From contig CM041465.1 in assembly GCA_023213395.1 (NCBI GenBank), forward strand, positions 155,317,741 to 155,381,740: 64,000 nt of DNA, in the 5' to 3' direction. Numbering within the stretch: position 1 is the first letter of the stretch; every line of letters begins with the position of its first letter. Both the position numbers and the translations under genes were made by a program. Shown here one piece after another: positions 1 to 13,799 of the stretch. This DNA comes from Cycas panzhihuaensis (taxonomy: Eukaryota; Plantae; Cycadophyta). Below the pieces are notes generated by a model. The model did not search any database, had not been told where the DNA came from, and saw only the letters and a program-made list of their open reading frames with translations.

Positions 1-299
1 TGATTGCACATGCCTACAAGTATCCCAGCCTCTTCATGGGATGTTATATCCCTATCCACATTGTACTCTTTCTTTTGTATAGATATTTATCAAGATCAAT
101 TAATACTCTGCCATTTTTATATCTCTAGTGTACTCATTTTGTGGATGTTCTCTCCATGTGTTATATCACTCTTGCATGTGTATATACTTTGGTTGGGTAT
201 GTTTATTTGATATAATTTTATATGTGTGGCATCATAGCACATACCATACATACACACACATACATAATCCACATGAAATGATATTATGTATTTGGGAAC

Positions 300-1023
300 T
301 AGTTTGTACTCCTAGAGGAGCCTCCTGCCCCCTATTACAGGGTTATTGTCATCATCGCCTAGGGACAATAGTGAAGGGACCTTGGTAAGGCATCTTGCAT
401 TAATACAGTGATACCTAAGGCTGAGGTAGCTTAAGATCATTTTAGAGTGATGGGATAGGGGTGATTCAGCACTATGCCCCATTTCAGGAGGGGAGCCTAA
501 CCTTAATAGGAGAGATAGTTTAGGTATATTTTTAAAGTAGGATTGACAGTTTAGGCTCATAGTAGAGTGAGTTGGCATTTTTAGCTCATACTAGAGTAAG
601 TTGGCGTGGTTTCCCTCCTATGTTAGAGGGCTATGAGGTTGGTTATAAAACCTCTTAAGAAATTAATTGTTGATAACCTTCTCGAACTCGAGGCTATTAG
701 ATAATATGACAATAATATTTTAGAGGCAAAATTTTTGGCAGGTTAGCAGTGTAGTTTTCTCTCTAAACTTTCATAGGGGATCCAAGCGGGGTAAGCTCCC
801 CCCTTGACTAGGGGATGTAGGGGGTACTAGAATCCCCTGCCTCCGCCCCCCTACAAATAGGGGTCCAGGGATGGTAGCCCCCAAGCCAAAAAGCGAGCAC
901 TGTAAAACATACTAAATTATAAAGAGAATCAGGGTCATTCATTAAAAATACCCCAAATTTAATGGTCAAGATTTGTGCCTTGTATGACTCTCTTATATAG
1001 CCCATTTTAGGGTGTTTCTTCAT
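300..1023 (-). pseudogene. Remnant of an extra 3' ORF of Gy1, unknown function
   Basis: ORF-track fragment 808-1023 is hydrophobic (QILTIKFGVFL...CFTVLAFWLGGY). A 30-bp repeat near 550-605 reads as QLTL-type coiled-coil sequence. It lies downstream of INT on the element's sense strand. Confidence 0.4.
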
Positions 1024-1025
1024 TA

Positions 1026-1362
1026 TGTTGATGGTATTTGATGTATTGGATGTACTGTATTGAGAAGACGTAGCTAATTGTTGTTGATGTGAGTATTTTG
1101 CTATAAATTATGTATATTTCTCCATCCTTGGATAATAAAGATTGATACTTTTCCTATGTGAATATTTCCATAGCACATTGCAAAGGTTTTACCATGTTAT
1201 ATCTAATGTATATATGATGCTTTGGCTTTTTGATGTGTTTATTATATTATCTCTAGTTTAAGTACTTACATGTTAAATTTTAATTTTAGTTTATGTAACT
1301 AGTTGCAAAATAGTTTAGATCTTGGTGGTGATTCTAGTTATTAGGACTTAGTTTTCTTAATA
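1026..1362 (+). repeat. Probable solo or truncated Copia-type LTR interrupting the Gy1 3' region
   Basis: Starts TGTTG and ends CTTAATA (decayed AACA). It has a TATAAAT box followed by AATAAAG. Integrase codons stop abruptly near 1363. No matching TSD was found. Confidence 0.45.
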
Positions 1363-1364
1363 GA

Positions 1365-4300
1365 GGATTTCCAAGGTAGCAATCTGATATGTGCCATTAT
1401 GTAATGTATCAATGACTACAAAGGGGCATATCCACTTTGAGCCAAATTTTAAAAGGCAATCATATAAATACTCTAATTTGAGGACTTGGTCCTTAAGAAC
1501 TAGAGGTCATGGTCAAAGGGGCTTATCCTACATCTTTTAGGCTTTGGCCTTAGATATAAGATTTACTTGATACACTATGAAGAACTATTTATCTAATGCC
1601 TCAAGGTCAAGTAGATAGGCTTGATATCACCACTCTTCATCTATGAAGTCCTTAAGAGAAACTTACAATAAAGGGATTTTGACTTTGAGAGGGAGGACTA
1701 CCTCTGATTTATAGACCAAAGAGAACAATATCATTATTGTGGTTGTCCTGATAGATAAACAATAGGCCGATAAGATTGGGTAGAGCTAGAGGTTCCAATC
1801 CCTTTAGGATTGGGTGACTGTCTTCTTAAGAATATTGATCAGGATTTTATTGAAGGCTTTGATCTAGCCATTGGCCTGGGGATAATAAAGAGATGAGGTC
1901 TTGTCAGAGATTTTAAACTTTTTATAAAGTTCATCCATTTATTTATTACAAAATAGGATCTCGTTATTTGTAATAAGGATGTTAAGGACCCTAAAGCGAC
2001 AAATGATATTTAGAAAATGAATGTGGTGATCATCTTACATGTTATTAAAGGTAGAGGGATGGCCTTAGCCTATTTAGTAAAATAGTCCATTGTTGTTAGA
2101 ATAAACTTATGATGGGTTGAGGAAGAAGGGTTATGGTCCTAATAATCTGTAGACCCTATTAGAAAAATTCCCATGGTGACATAATAGTGTGAAATACCTC
2201 AGATAGTTAGTGTATAATGTTGCCATGCTCTTGGCACTTATGACAATGTTGAATATATGCATGGGCATTCTTGAATAATATTAGCTAATAACAACCCTAG
2301 TGCAATATTCTTTGGGCCATAGATTAGCCTCCAAAATGTCCTCCATAAATACTTTCATAGCATTCATAGAGGACTTGATCCATCTCTTTTGTGGTAACAC
2401 ATCAAAGGAGAATGCCATTAAATAAGCATATGTATATTGTGTCCTATATGAGGAAGTATTGGTGAGTTCAAGCCCTAACATAGAGCTTGACTTTATTAGT
2501 AGTGTCATTGGGGTACTTTTATTATTCCAAGTAATTGACAATGTTGACATACCATTTACTATCAACTAAGGGATGTGGGTTAGCCTCATGGAGGGCCAAG
2601 ATCGATTCTTTGGGTAAGGAGTCATTGATTAGGACCTTTGTCAAATTAGAGATTGGCACATCCACTAGCTTCTCAGTCATGATCATACCCTTTTTAGATT
2701 TATGACTAATGGTTTTAAGATCATGTTCTTAAAGGAAAAGGGTCCACTTATCCATTCTCCTAATCAAATTGGATCACATCATTAAATAATGTAATAGGTC
2801 TGACTAAACTATAACATGTGTCATATTCCCAAAGAGGTAATGGCGGAGCTTCTTGATGGTAAAAACCAAGGCTAAGCATTCTTTCTCTACTAGGGGGTAG
2901 TCTAGTTTAGTCATAACTAAGGTGTGGCTTATGAAATAGATTACTCACTCAACCTTAGAGTTGTCTTCTTGCGCTAATATGGTGCCAATAGATTCATCAG
3001 CCATGGAGGTACAAAGAATAAAGGGCCAATTAAATAGGAGAGGCATTAATATGGGGGTTGTAATGAGAGCTTGTTTAAGTTAATGGAAGGCCACTTGGGT
3101 CTTAAGAGTCCATACAAACAAAGTCCCCTTCTTAAGAAAATTAGTTAAGGGCTTTAAACTGATAGCAAAATCTACTAAGAACTACCACAAGAAGACAAGG
3201 TGGTGCAAGAATGACTTAATTTACCACTAGGTTTTGGGCAGTGGCATATTAACCATGGCTTTAATCTTATCTAGATCCACTTTAATCCCTTCTTGGAATA
3301 TGAGGAACCCTAACAACTTACTAGTCATTACTGCAAATACATATTTAAGTGGATTTAGGCTAACATAATTCTTGTGATATCTAGAGAAGATCTTTCTCAA
3401 GTTTGCAGGGTGATTGGCCCTCTTGTGGGATAAACCCATCAGATCATCCATGAAGACCTTTAGAATTTTATTAATAAGACCATAAAAGATGAATTGCATG
3501 GCTCTTTGGTATGTCACCCTAATGTTCCTTAAGTCAAATGGTATAACTTTATAAGTAAACATTACCCATGGGGTGGTGAAAGCCATCTTATGATAGTCCT
3601 CTATAGATATCTAGATTTGATTATATCCAGAAAATCCATCCATCAAGGATAGAACCTCAAACCTAGCAATTCAATTAATGATATGATCGATAAATGATAA
3701 TAAAATGTTGTCCTTGGGACATGCATTAATAATGTCCTAAAAGTCGTCATAGATCCTAATTATCCTATTTTTCTTTCCAATTGGGATGATATTCAACACC
3801 CATTTGGGGTAGTCGATGGAAGTGATTAGGCCTACTATATACAACTTCTCCACTTCTATTTTAATAGTAACTAATAGTTTTGGATGCTATGGGTGCTACT
3901 TTTTGCTAACTGGTTGGGGACTTAGGATCATAGTAAGGTTGTATGTAATGATTTCAAGGTCAATGCCCTTCATATGAGAATAATTCCAAGTGAAGATGTC
4001 ACAGAATTTGTCAAATAGCTTAGTATACTCCTTAACTTCTTAGGGCTAACATTCAACACCAATCTTAATGATTTGTTCAGGGGAAAATATGATATCCTTA
4101 GTTGCCTTTGCATAAAGAATATTTCCCTCCTAAAAGTATGGAGGGTCTTGGCCTATAGGTAATTCAAGAGGCATGGTTTTATCATTAGGATTGGCTAACA
4201 GAGAGTTGATAGCTAGATACTTCTAAAAACCTAGATTGTGATGAATGCTAGGTAAGTTAAGCAAAGACCCTACTAAATGATTGAGTAGAGTTTCATTATT

Positions 4301-7300
4301 CTTAAAGCAATCAATCCTATGGATTATTTTGCTTAGGAGGAATTAGGAGCTTGCAGTGGGGTGATAAGCTAGTGACAATCACATAACCAATCAAAGTAAT
4401 ATGAGGATTCTTCTGACAAATTAGAGTGCACATATATCATGGACCTCCCCATAGGTTATAGGGGGGGATAGAGAAGGTTTTGAATCATATATAATTGAAT
4501 CATTATCATCAAGTTTGTGATAAATGGGTGGAATTCCCTAAGAGGTATTCTGAAATAGGTCAATTTCCCATGTACCTAAGCAAATTAATTGTTCATGATA
4601 GGTAGGGTGAGACTGAGGATAGATCCAACACTTAGTTAGGTGACCCATATTATTGTCCCAAGGAATCTCCCCTTGGAAGGTAGCTTGGATAGGGGGGAAA
4701 AGCATACCCCTCCTACCATGTCCTCATAGGCAAGGGGGTCCAAGTGATCTAGATGGTGGTTATGTACCATTTAAGAAGAATGGAAAGCCAACCAAGATCT
4801 CAAATAAGAAGACTCCCACACAGGTGAAAGAGAGGGAATTTGTGTTTAGGATGACCTTTGGTCATACAGATTTAGGCCGAAAGGAGGAGGCATATCAACA
4901 TGTGATATCCCTTCCCTCGTTATGTTGAGAAAACTAACTTAGTGTAGTGACTCCTCATATTCATTATTGGATTCATTATCACTAAAGATCAGTAAGTAGC
5001 CATAACTCCAAACACTAATAGGGGCAAAACATACCAAGCCTAAAGGAGGAGGAAGAACTCCTCCTTCAGTAGGTGCTTCATCCTCGAAGAACCCTATGGC
5101 GAGTGGATCAAACAGATTATCTTGTTCATCTATCACCCTGAAAATCACTTGGCATGACTGATGAGAGGGATGGTTTAGGGGCAATTCATGTATAATGACT
5201 TTAATTTTCCCTTGATTGGTAAATTTGAGTTACTTCCACCTCAATGAACATATGACTCATATTTGATGGAGCCATGGCCAACCTAATAGAAGGTTATAGT
5301 TGACATTGATGTCCAAAATAATAATGTCAATTTGGATGGTCTTGTCTTCTAAGGTTAGAAGGAGTTTCACCATCCCCAAGAGAGCTTTCTCACACCTATC
5401 ATATCCACCCATCATATCCATGGCACCTCTATGAAACTGTTTTAAGAGCTTCTATATCCAACTTCTCAAGCATACAAATAGGCATTGCATTAATTGAGGA
5501 TTTGTTATTCACAATGGTCCTTTTCATGGCAAAGTTGGGTGTCTCGATGGTGATGGTAAATGGATAGTGCCAATGCAATTGCCTATCCTTAGTTGGATGG
5601 AGGTCACGTATGTCAAACATAATGAGGTTAGACCCACACAAAGAGGAAGTTCCAACAAAATGAATTGGGGCATCGTTGAACCCTAATGCTTTAAATAAGA
5701 GTGCCCTTTAATTAGGGTAACTCTTTAGAATATACATCATGGATATTTAGGCTAAAATAATATGGAGCTCCTCAATGATAGAGAAAGATTTTTATTTGCT
5801 GGTGGATTTGGAAAGATCATATCTAAAGTTGTAGCATCCTAGGTGAATAGGAATTATCTTAGGAATGATAGGGATCTCTATGGTAGAGGGGTTCCCTTAG
5901 GGTGGTTATTGTAAGGTGGATGATTCCCCAACTTCCTTAGCAGCTTCAAACCTTGTAATAGGACATACCTGAGTGGTCTCAAATAACTAGATAATCCTCT
6001 TATCCTTATTCTTGAGTTGAGAGGACATGGTTGTTTGAGTGGTGGGAGTTGATGGGGAGGAATTATTTGTTGGTTCCTTTATTTTTGATTGATCTATAGG
6101 AGAGGTTTAAGTTGGCCTCTTATTTCTAGTCTGCCTACCTTACTATTGGGTAGGCTGGTCCTACTCTTCATGATTAGGAAACTAGTCTTCATACACGAGT
6201 TACTTTAGGTTTGGTTTAGAAGCACCTTAAGGTGGGGGGTCACATGAGGGTTCTAATTTGAGGTGTTGTGTCCAACACCTAGAGTCATCATGTGTACACT
6301 CCCCATGGACCAAACACTGTTTTTTTTTAGGTGGGGATGTCATCCTATTCTCTTGGGGTACTTGGGTTCTCTCACTCTTTGGTGGTAGAGTTTGGGTGGT
6401 TTGATGGACCTGCCTATATCTAGGTTGATCTTGATATGGCTCTTGTAGGGTTTGGGAGGGTTGTAACTTTAAGTCAAGTATCATTTTCTCAAATGAGTGC
6501 ATGACTAAAGTCAAAGGATCCAGGGTCTTATTGGTTAAACCAATAGAAGGTTTGGATGATTATTATTGTTATTAAACCTTATTGTCATGTGAGGGAGGCA
6601 TTTTCTTATGATGTTGTGAGTTATTAAGGATCTTCTTAAGATTGGCTTAAACCTCAATAGACTCTAATGCCAAGCATTTAGCTATGGATGACTTACAAGT
6701 GATTACCTCTATTTTGATGACCTCCATATACACCTTAGGGCATAACACGTTTACAAAGATATCTCTCTTTAATTCTTCTAAGAATGCAGCCTTGGAAGAA
6801 TGGAGAAGGTCATGGAACTAGCACAAAAAGTCTCAGTTTAGTTCTTCATGGCCTTGCTTTAGAGAAAGCAAATCCTTCACCCCACTTTCAAAGGGTGGAG
6901 CCTCATCAAAATAGTTAATAAAAGTGTTAACTAATTATTAGAAGATGGATATTAAATGGGATGGGAGCCAATAGAACCATTTTAAGGCATCACTTTGAAG
7001 TGGCCAAAGGAATAGTTTCATTAGTATATGGTCATAGGCCCAATAATCGATGCACACCATGGTGAAAGCCCTAATATGATTAATTAGATCTTAGGAGAAA
7101 GTGCGCACTTTGGGGGGATGTATAGGCAAATTGGTTTGTAAATCCTCCATTGAAAGGGGGCTTGACCTATAGTCAACAAACAAGCATGCCCCCAGTTGGG
7201 CTAGCATGTTAGTAGCAGTATAAGTATGCCCCCCACAGGGGCTCCCACTATCCACATAGGGTGAGTGAGCCAAATAAGGGTAAGGTGTGTGACCCTAGTA

Positions 7301-8400
7301 ATAAGACAAATAGAATGGAAGGGTATAAGGGGGCCCTTCTAATTAATATGAGGGGAGGTATGGTCTCCTGTAAGGATATGGTCCATAAGGAGGTGGTTGA
7401 GTATGTCTTGGTCCTCCTCTTAGGCATGGAAGGTAAAGGGGTTGGGTACCATAAGAGGCACTAAGAAGAGTAGGAGGATAAGGGGTGGAATAGGGAAGGG
7501 TGGAGTGTCCCTCTTGAGGAGGAAACCCATGTGAAAGTAGTGGAATCAATTGGGAAGAGGGAGGGGGCAATGGGTTTTACCTAAATTCTCCCCCAATGTG
7601 AGGGGCTATCCCATATGGGTGAAGTAGATCTACCCCATACATAGGAAGGGGGTTTGAAACCCATGCCCCCAGGGTAGCAATGTGTATCCTAGGGGAACAT
7701 ACAAAGATAGGTCTACTAAATGTGGACGTTAATAGGTAGGGGGTAAACCTCCTTGCTTAGGGCAATGTGATTGCATGGGTATGGTGGGTATAGGAGGTAA
7801 GTGAAGGTTAGTCAATGAGGGAATATGAGTATAGAGTGGAGGTGCATTTACCCCTACTTATGGGATATATGTACCTTATACCAATTCATTCTCCACCAAC
7901 ATGCTTAGGGGTAAGGGCATAGTAGTAATAGTATGAGACAAACTAAAACGTGGTATTTGAATGGAAAAGGGTGGGGGAATAGTAGAAGTGGCTAAGGAGG
8001 TACTAAGAAGAAACCATTATAGCCACCTTGGTCGAGGTTCGTTAGTGATGGATTCAAAGTACTCCCTTAGCACTTTGACTGCATTCCTAAGAGGGGTATG
8101 GTTTAGGTCTTAGGAGGCCGATGGCTCTTCATCATGATCTAGGTAGATGGGATATGATTTGGATGCATTCTCAAGATGTGAGATATGGTCATAAGTGTAA
8201 GGCCTCTCAAGCAGATAGGAATGAGGAGCATTGTGATAAGACTCATCTTATGACGGTATTTGATGGAAAGGATTTCCACTGGCATGGATAGTATCCTCAT
8301 AGGGATAATAAGCCTTGTCTTGGGACTAATCTTAAGCATACAGATCATTAGACCAACTAGTAGGGTAGTTCTCCATTGGTGACTCTTAGTCACTTGATTT
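1365..8400 (-). pseudogene. Gy1 gag-pol remnant (gag ~8400-5700, PR ~5600-5200, RT ~4100-3060, RH ~3060-2620, INT ~2560-1365)
   Basis: Pro-rich N-terminus; knuckle CLVHGECTHDDSRC at ~6270-6320; PR motif RTIVNNKSSIN; RT ORF 3227-3586; INT GGHFGG and C-terminal KFGSKWICPF (GPF motif). Many stops and frameshifts. Confidence 0.9.
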
Positions 8401-8639
8401 AATGGAGATGTATGTAGAGGAGATTTCCAAAAGGGGGAAACTACATAAACAATGTGATATACAACATATTCATGGGTTTTGGCATACCTAAAGAATCATG
8501 TCAATATGGCCAAAAGGTTAGAGGTCTTTACACAAATAAGAGGAGAGACACCCTAGAAAGCAAGAGCAAAAATGAAAGAATGGGAAGGGTCCAGCAATAC
8601 TAAGGAGCTTCTAACTAACAAGTTCCCCAATATGGTCAT

Positions 8640-9069
8640 TGGTGAAACATGCTAAAGTGGGGCATAGAGTGTAAATAATAATCCTAACAAAATGAGCCTA
8701 GGTTATGGGTGGCAAGTTTGTAAGATGAAGTCAATCTAGAACCTAGCTTAAGATGCTTGTGTGTCTCTTGGATGCATATACGATATGTTTTGTAATTCTA
8801 GGCAATGAAGATGCAACAATCCTAGGGCAACCCAAGTGTTCGTATGTTCATGGTTTCTAATATTATGGACCTATGGAAATCTATAAGAAATAGGGATCAA
8901 TACACATATGCATCTATGTTCTTTTTCGTTCAATAAATACAAAAAGGTAGCCCTAACTAGAAAGAGCAATATCACCCCACAAGTTTAGGGACTCATAATT
9001 GTGTGATGCCTCTCTTTGCTCAAGCTTTCACAAATGTAATACAAGAACTAGACTATGTATATATACATA

Positions 9070-9139
<70 letters not shown>

Positions 9140-11177
9140 GTTGGCATAGTGCAAGCAAAGTAACAAGAAAAGAAAAATGCAATAAAGGATGAAAAGGGGG
9201 TAAAATAAACTTTTCCTTCTTTTTTTTTTTTTTTTTGCTTTCTTTTCTTTTTTCTCTTTTTTTTTAGGACAGAGGTGAGAAAATATGAGAAAGAAAAGAA
9301 GGAAAGGGAATGGTCAAGTCAAGATGTACCTCTCTCTTATTTTTTTTCTTTTCTTCTTTCTCTTCTCCTACTCTTGCTCTCTTATTTTCTTCTTTTTTCT
9401 TTTTTTTTTTAAATTAAAAAGAGAAAGTGGATAAAAGAATATTACAAGAGGTAAAAGAGGTCATAATTTATACCTATAAAAAATGAATATCAATGAAGTG
9501 GAAGCTTGCTACCCATGATCACCACATGCTTGGCATAGAGGAGGAGGAGAGGGCTAGAATTACCAAACCCTGAGAGAAATCTAGTAGTATTTCTGCTTAT
9601 TGGATACCCTTATGAGGAGAAATGAGAGAGCATGAAAGTAACAAACTCAAGAGAAATTACAAGTAAATGAGATTGCCACTCATCTCTAGGATGTGTAATC
9701 AAAGTTGATAGTGATTGCAAACTTTCTCAAGTAAATGTATTAGATCAAAGCCTTAAAAAGTGTCTTCCTCCCCTACACACAAGTTATCCTTTCCTGTAAC
9801 AATATATGATGTCTATATTCTACCTAATAAAAACTTAGCAAAATATCACATAAACTCAAAAAGCATTTAAGAATTAACTCTAAGTTATTAAGCATGTGAA
9901 CAAAATGGTGAAGGAGAGTGAGGGACCTTAGAATGGCACCAACCCCGTGTGTATTTAGCTTTCTAAGTTGTACTTAGTAAACCTCCCCTTGGGTTGCAAA
10001 CATGTTCTAAAGAAACAAGCAAAAAACTAAGCAAAAAAGGACATAATCCAAGATATGAATGTGAGAATATACAACAAAAGAAACAACCTAGCATCTAACC
10101 ATCTAAGACCCATACATCATGGTGTAATCAAGATGAAACAATAAGAGAAGTGACTGCCTCAATAGCAAAGAGTGGATTACTAATTCCTTGCTTAGAAAAT
10201 GATGGCTAATGGCAACTAGAATTTTTCCTCAAGGCCTCTACAACCAATTTTGGGTATGTGGTCCTAATTATTCCAATGAAGGCTAATAGTTCTCCCAAAA
10301 GCTAGCAATTCTAGTGGAGTTTTGATAGCATGAAAATAGTATATATCTTGTAAAATGGTCTCCTCCCCCTTCCCCTTAGAAAAAAGTGAGGTTTTATATA
10401 AAAAGATAAGGTGCGGGGTTAGTGGTTTTTTGCCTACAATGTGGAGAAAATTACCAACTAGAAACCATGAACTATGAACAGGGTTTGAGAGATTTGGAGT
10501 GAAAAAATCAAGAAAATAATTAAAAAAAAAGACTTTTAAGGCATGTTTAGCCTTCTAAAACTGGCACAAGATGACTTGGGTTTGATGCAGTATGTCAGGT
10601 TGAAGATATTTGCCTATTAAATAAGTTGACTATTACTATTAGACCTGAATCTAGGTTGGTGATAGTCATAGCATAAATTATTTTATGGTACCATGAATAT
10701 GTTTGTGTTATTGCAAGATACTTTGTAATATCACTAATAAATGTAGAAAATAAAGTCATATAGTAATAGACACACTTTCTTCAACTTTCATTCATGCATA
10801 TAGGTAGACTCACTAAAGGGGGCATCCTACAGCCATTAATTAATCAACACTCAATGAGAGGAGAGTGAAAATGAGGCTAAATAAGAAAAAGGAACAATAG
10901 TTAAAGAAAAGAATGGGCTACATGCAGTAGGGGAGGCACCATTTTCTAACATAAGAACACTGACAAGAAATATTAAGGCTATGGATAAAAGTCCTAATCA
11001 TCATCAACATGCATAGTGAGATATGGCACAATCAATAAGTAAGTGAACAAGCACATATCTACCAAATAATTTAAATATGTATATCAATGAAAGATGGAAA
11101 TGAGCATAAAAACATGCCTACACTTGCCTTTCCTAATTGATCATCCAAGTCCCATTCCCAGAAGTTGGGAAACACTA
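8640..11177 (-). repeat. Gy1 5' LTR (~2.5 kb), with a (TA)n tract at ~9055-9134
   Basis: Inverted termini TGGTG (8640) and CACTA (11173-11177, decayed CACCA). A degenerate PBS-like TCCCCAATATGGTCAT lies at 8624-8639 and resembles the tRNA-Arg type. There is no partner LTR in the window to confirm the limits. Confidence 0.55.
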
Positions 11178-12865
11178 GGTATTAAACTTTTAAATAAAAA
11201 TGGAGGCCTATAAATCTAAAAATTAGGCATCTATTATAGAAGGAAATTAAGAAATTAAAAGATACAAATATTATCTACCCTATCTACTTCTCATAATAGG
11301 TAGCTAATTTAGTTTTAGTTAGACAAAAGAATGGAGAAATTAGACTCTGTATGTATTTTCAAAATCTTAACAAGTACTCACTAAGAGATAATTATCTATT
11401 ACCTTAAATGGAATAATTATTACAAATAATAATAGGGTAAAAAATGATGTTCTTGGTAGATAATTTCTCTAGTTTTAACCAGATATAACCAAATAAGAAA
11501 GATCAACATGATACTTCTTTCACTACCTTATGGTGAACATTTGTATATAAGAAGATGCCCTTTGGGCTAACTATATAGGAGTAATATTCCGAGGAGCTAT
11601 AAATTAGGATTTTAAAGGATTACACTTTGTGGTCATTATAATTTATCTAAATGACATAATAGTGTTTTCCAAGAATAGACTAGATCACATCAAGCACTTA
11701 GAGAAGGTCTTTAAAAGGTGCAAATAGTTCGGTATTTACCTTAATCCAAAGAAGGCTATCTTTGAAGTCACAAAAGGTAAATTATTAGGCCATGTTATTA
11801 CCCAAAATGGTACCTATATTGATCTTGAGAGAGTAAGAGAAATTAAGAAATTACCATTACCTATCAACTAAAAATCAATTCTATCCTTCTTTGGTAAAAT
11901 TAATTTTCTTAAAAGATTTGTACCAAGCTTTATAGGAGTCATTTTTCCCATTAATAAGTTATTAAAGAAGGATATACCTTTTAAGTGGGATCATTAAGTT
12001 CATGAAGCATTTAAAGAGATCAAGCAAACCATAATGTGGGCCTTAATACTTATAGTTCCTAATTTTAGGTGATAGTTCATCATTTATACATATGCATTAG
12101 AAGGGTCCAATATGATGGTGTTTCTCTAAGAAGATCTAGAAAAGAAAGAGAGGCTTATGGCTTTCTTGAGCAAAAGTTTAAAAGAATATCAACTCAAGTA
12201 CATTGAGATAGAGAAGTAAGATTATACTTTAGTAAAAGCCATCAAAGATTTTAGATACTGCATTATACATAATCACACATTAATATATATCCTAGTGGCT
12301 TCAGTCAAGACTTTGCTTATGGAGAAAAGCCTTTTAGGGAGATGGGAAAAATGGCTAATAAAGATTTAAGAGTTTGATCTTGAAATCAAGCCTATAAAAT
12401 AGTCAAGGCTTGAAGTTTATAGAAATTGATTTATTAGTCTAAATTATAAAAATTGATAGAAGTTGAGCAAGAATAAGAGAAAATTGAGGTAAATTTAGTA
12501 AATACAATAAGTAAAAAAATAAACCTTAAGTTCTACTTTTTCTTAAGAGATATTAAGTATTACTTAGAAAATGCCAAGTGTCCTAACCATCTAGATAAAA
12601 AGGGATAAAGATCATTTAAGGTGATAGTATCTCCTTATATGCTTATTTAAGGAGAACTATATAAATGAAACTATAATGGGGTGCTTTTGAAGTGTCTAAT
12701 TTTGAATGAAATATGAAGAGTGATGGAGGAGTTCCATTATAGAATTTATGGAGGTCACTTCTTAATAAAAGTGATAACTCACAAAATTAGAAGGGTTGGT
12801 TTCCTCTAGCCTATAGTATTTTAAGGACACACACCATAAAAAATAAGAATTTATAAGGCTTGTCA
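11178..12865 (+). pseudogene. Gy2 RT, RNase H and INT zinc-finger segment
   Basis: VANLVLVRQKNGEIRLC, MPFGL, IYLNDI, KGKLLGHVI, GKINFL, EFDLEIKP, GGHF. The INT C-x2-C is cut at 12865. Confidence 0.92.
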
Positions 12866-12874
12866 TATTGGAAT

Positions 12875-13766
12875 TATTGGAATATTATTTGCATTTCCAA
12901 CGAATGTAAAGTGGGCCTAATTATGAGTAAAATATTCTCAATATTAGAGAGTGACAAATGTAATAATGTAATTATATTATGGTACTTGAGATCTATAAGT
13001 ATAGATCAAAGTTAATCTATAATATATAATGTTAGCTTTATCAAAATGTAAATATAATATTATTTTAGTGGGATTTAACTGTAAGGATGTCCCATGATAA
13101 TTCTAATATTTCATATGTTTGTTTCTTCTTAGATCTACTTCGTGTAAAAGATTTTATCAACCTACCTATATAGGTGTTTCCTAACATGGTATAAAAGTAT
13201 TGTAGGATATACACAGATGGAGAATTATTGTCTAGATTATTTAATCATTGGTGCTAGGTTATGCTAGCTTGCCTTGAGTGGATTAGCATGTCTTACAACC
13301 CTGTAAACTACCATAGAGGTGTAGATGATTATTGGAGGATCTTAGAAGCCTTATGTCTCTATTTTATAGGATTTCAATGCCCTACAGATGTGTGTGGATA
13401 AGTAGAAGGTGATCTGTAGCCCTAGTTACTCTATTGCTAGCCATAGGATCTTATTTTGAGCCTACTGAAGGTGTCAAATTCTTGTTTGATGGTGCCACTA
13501 AGTTTGCAAATCCCCAGGATTGTGTGGAGGTGATTTTGACATTTATTTAGTAATTAAGATGTGTTTGAGGCCACCCATATGTGGAGAGATGTCGTACACC
13601 TTATTACAGATGATTGCCAACCCTTTATTGATAAGTGGGAGAGTATAGAGTCTCTGTGAGGCTATTGTAGAGCTGTGAGATGAAAAAAATGGTAATATAG
13701 AGGTATGCTTATTATTTGATCACTTGCTTGATATTTAGGATTCATTTCCCAGATTTAGTCACAGTA

Positions 13767-13799
<33 letters not shown>

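Larger units (their letters stand above)
1..11177 (-). mobile_element. Gy1: Ty3/Gypsy LTR retrotransposon, non-chromoviral (Athila/Tat-like), decayed; 3' LTR lies outside the window
   Basis: Minus-strand domain order is gag, PR, RT, RH, INT. The RT remnant reads LSLMDGFSGYNQI, FTTPW, VFMDDL and KLLGFLI..EGIKVD. The right boundary is where Gy2 RT codons (GIK.F..K) begin at 11178. Confidence 0.9.

Noticed and set aside
10817-10831. AAAGGGGGCATCCTACA as the Gy1 LTR terminus
   Set aside because: The following 350 bp do not read as RT. Position 11177 gives inverted termini and an immediate RT continuation.
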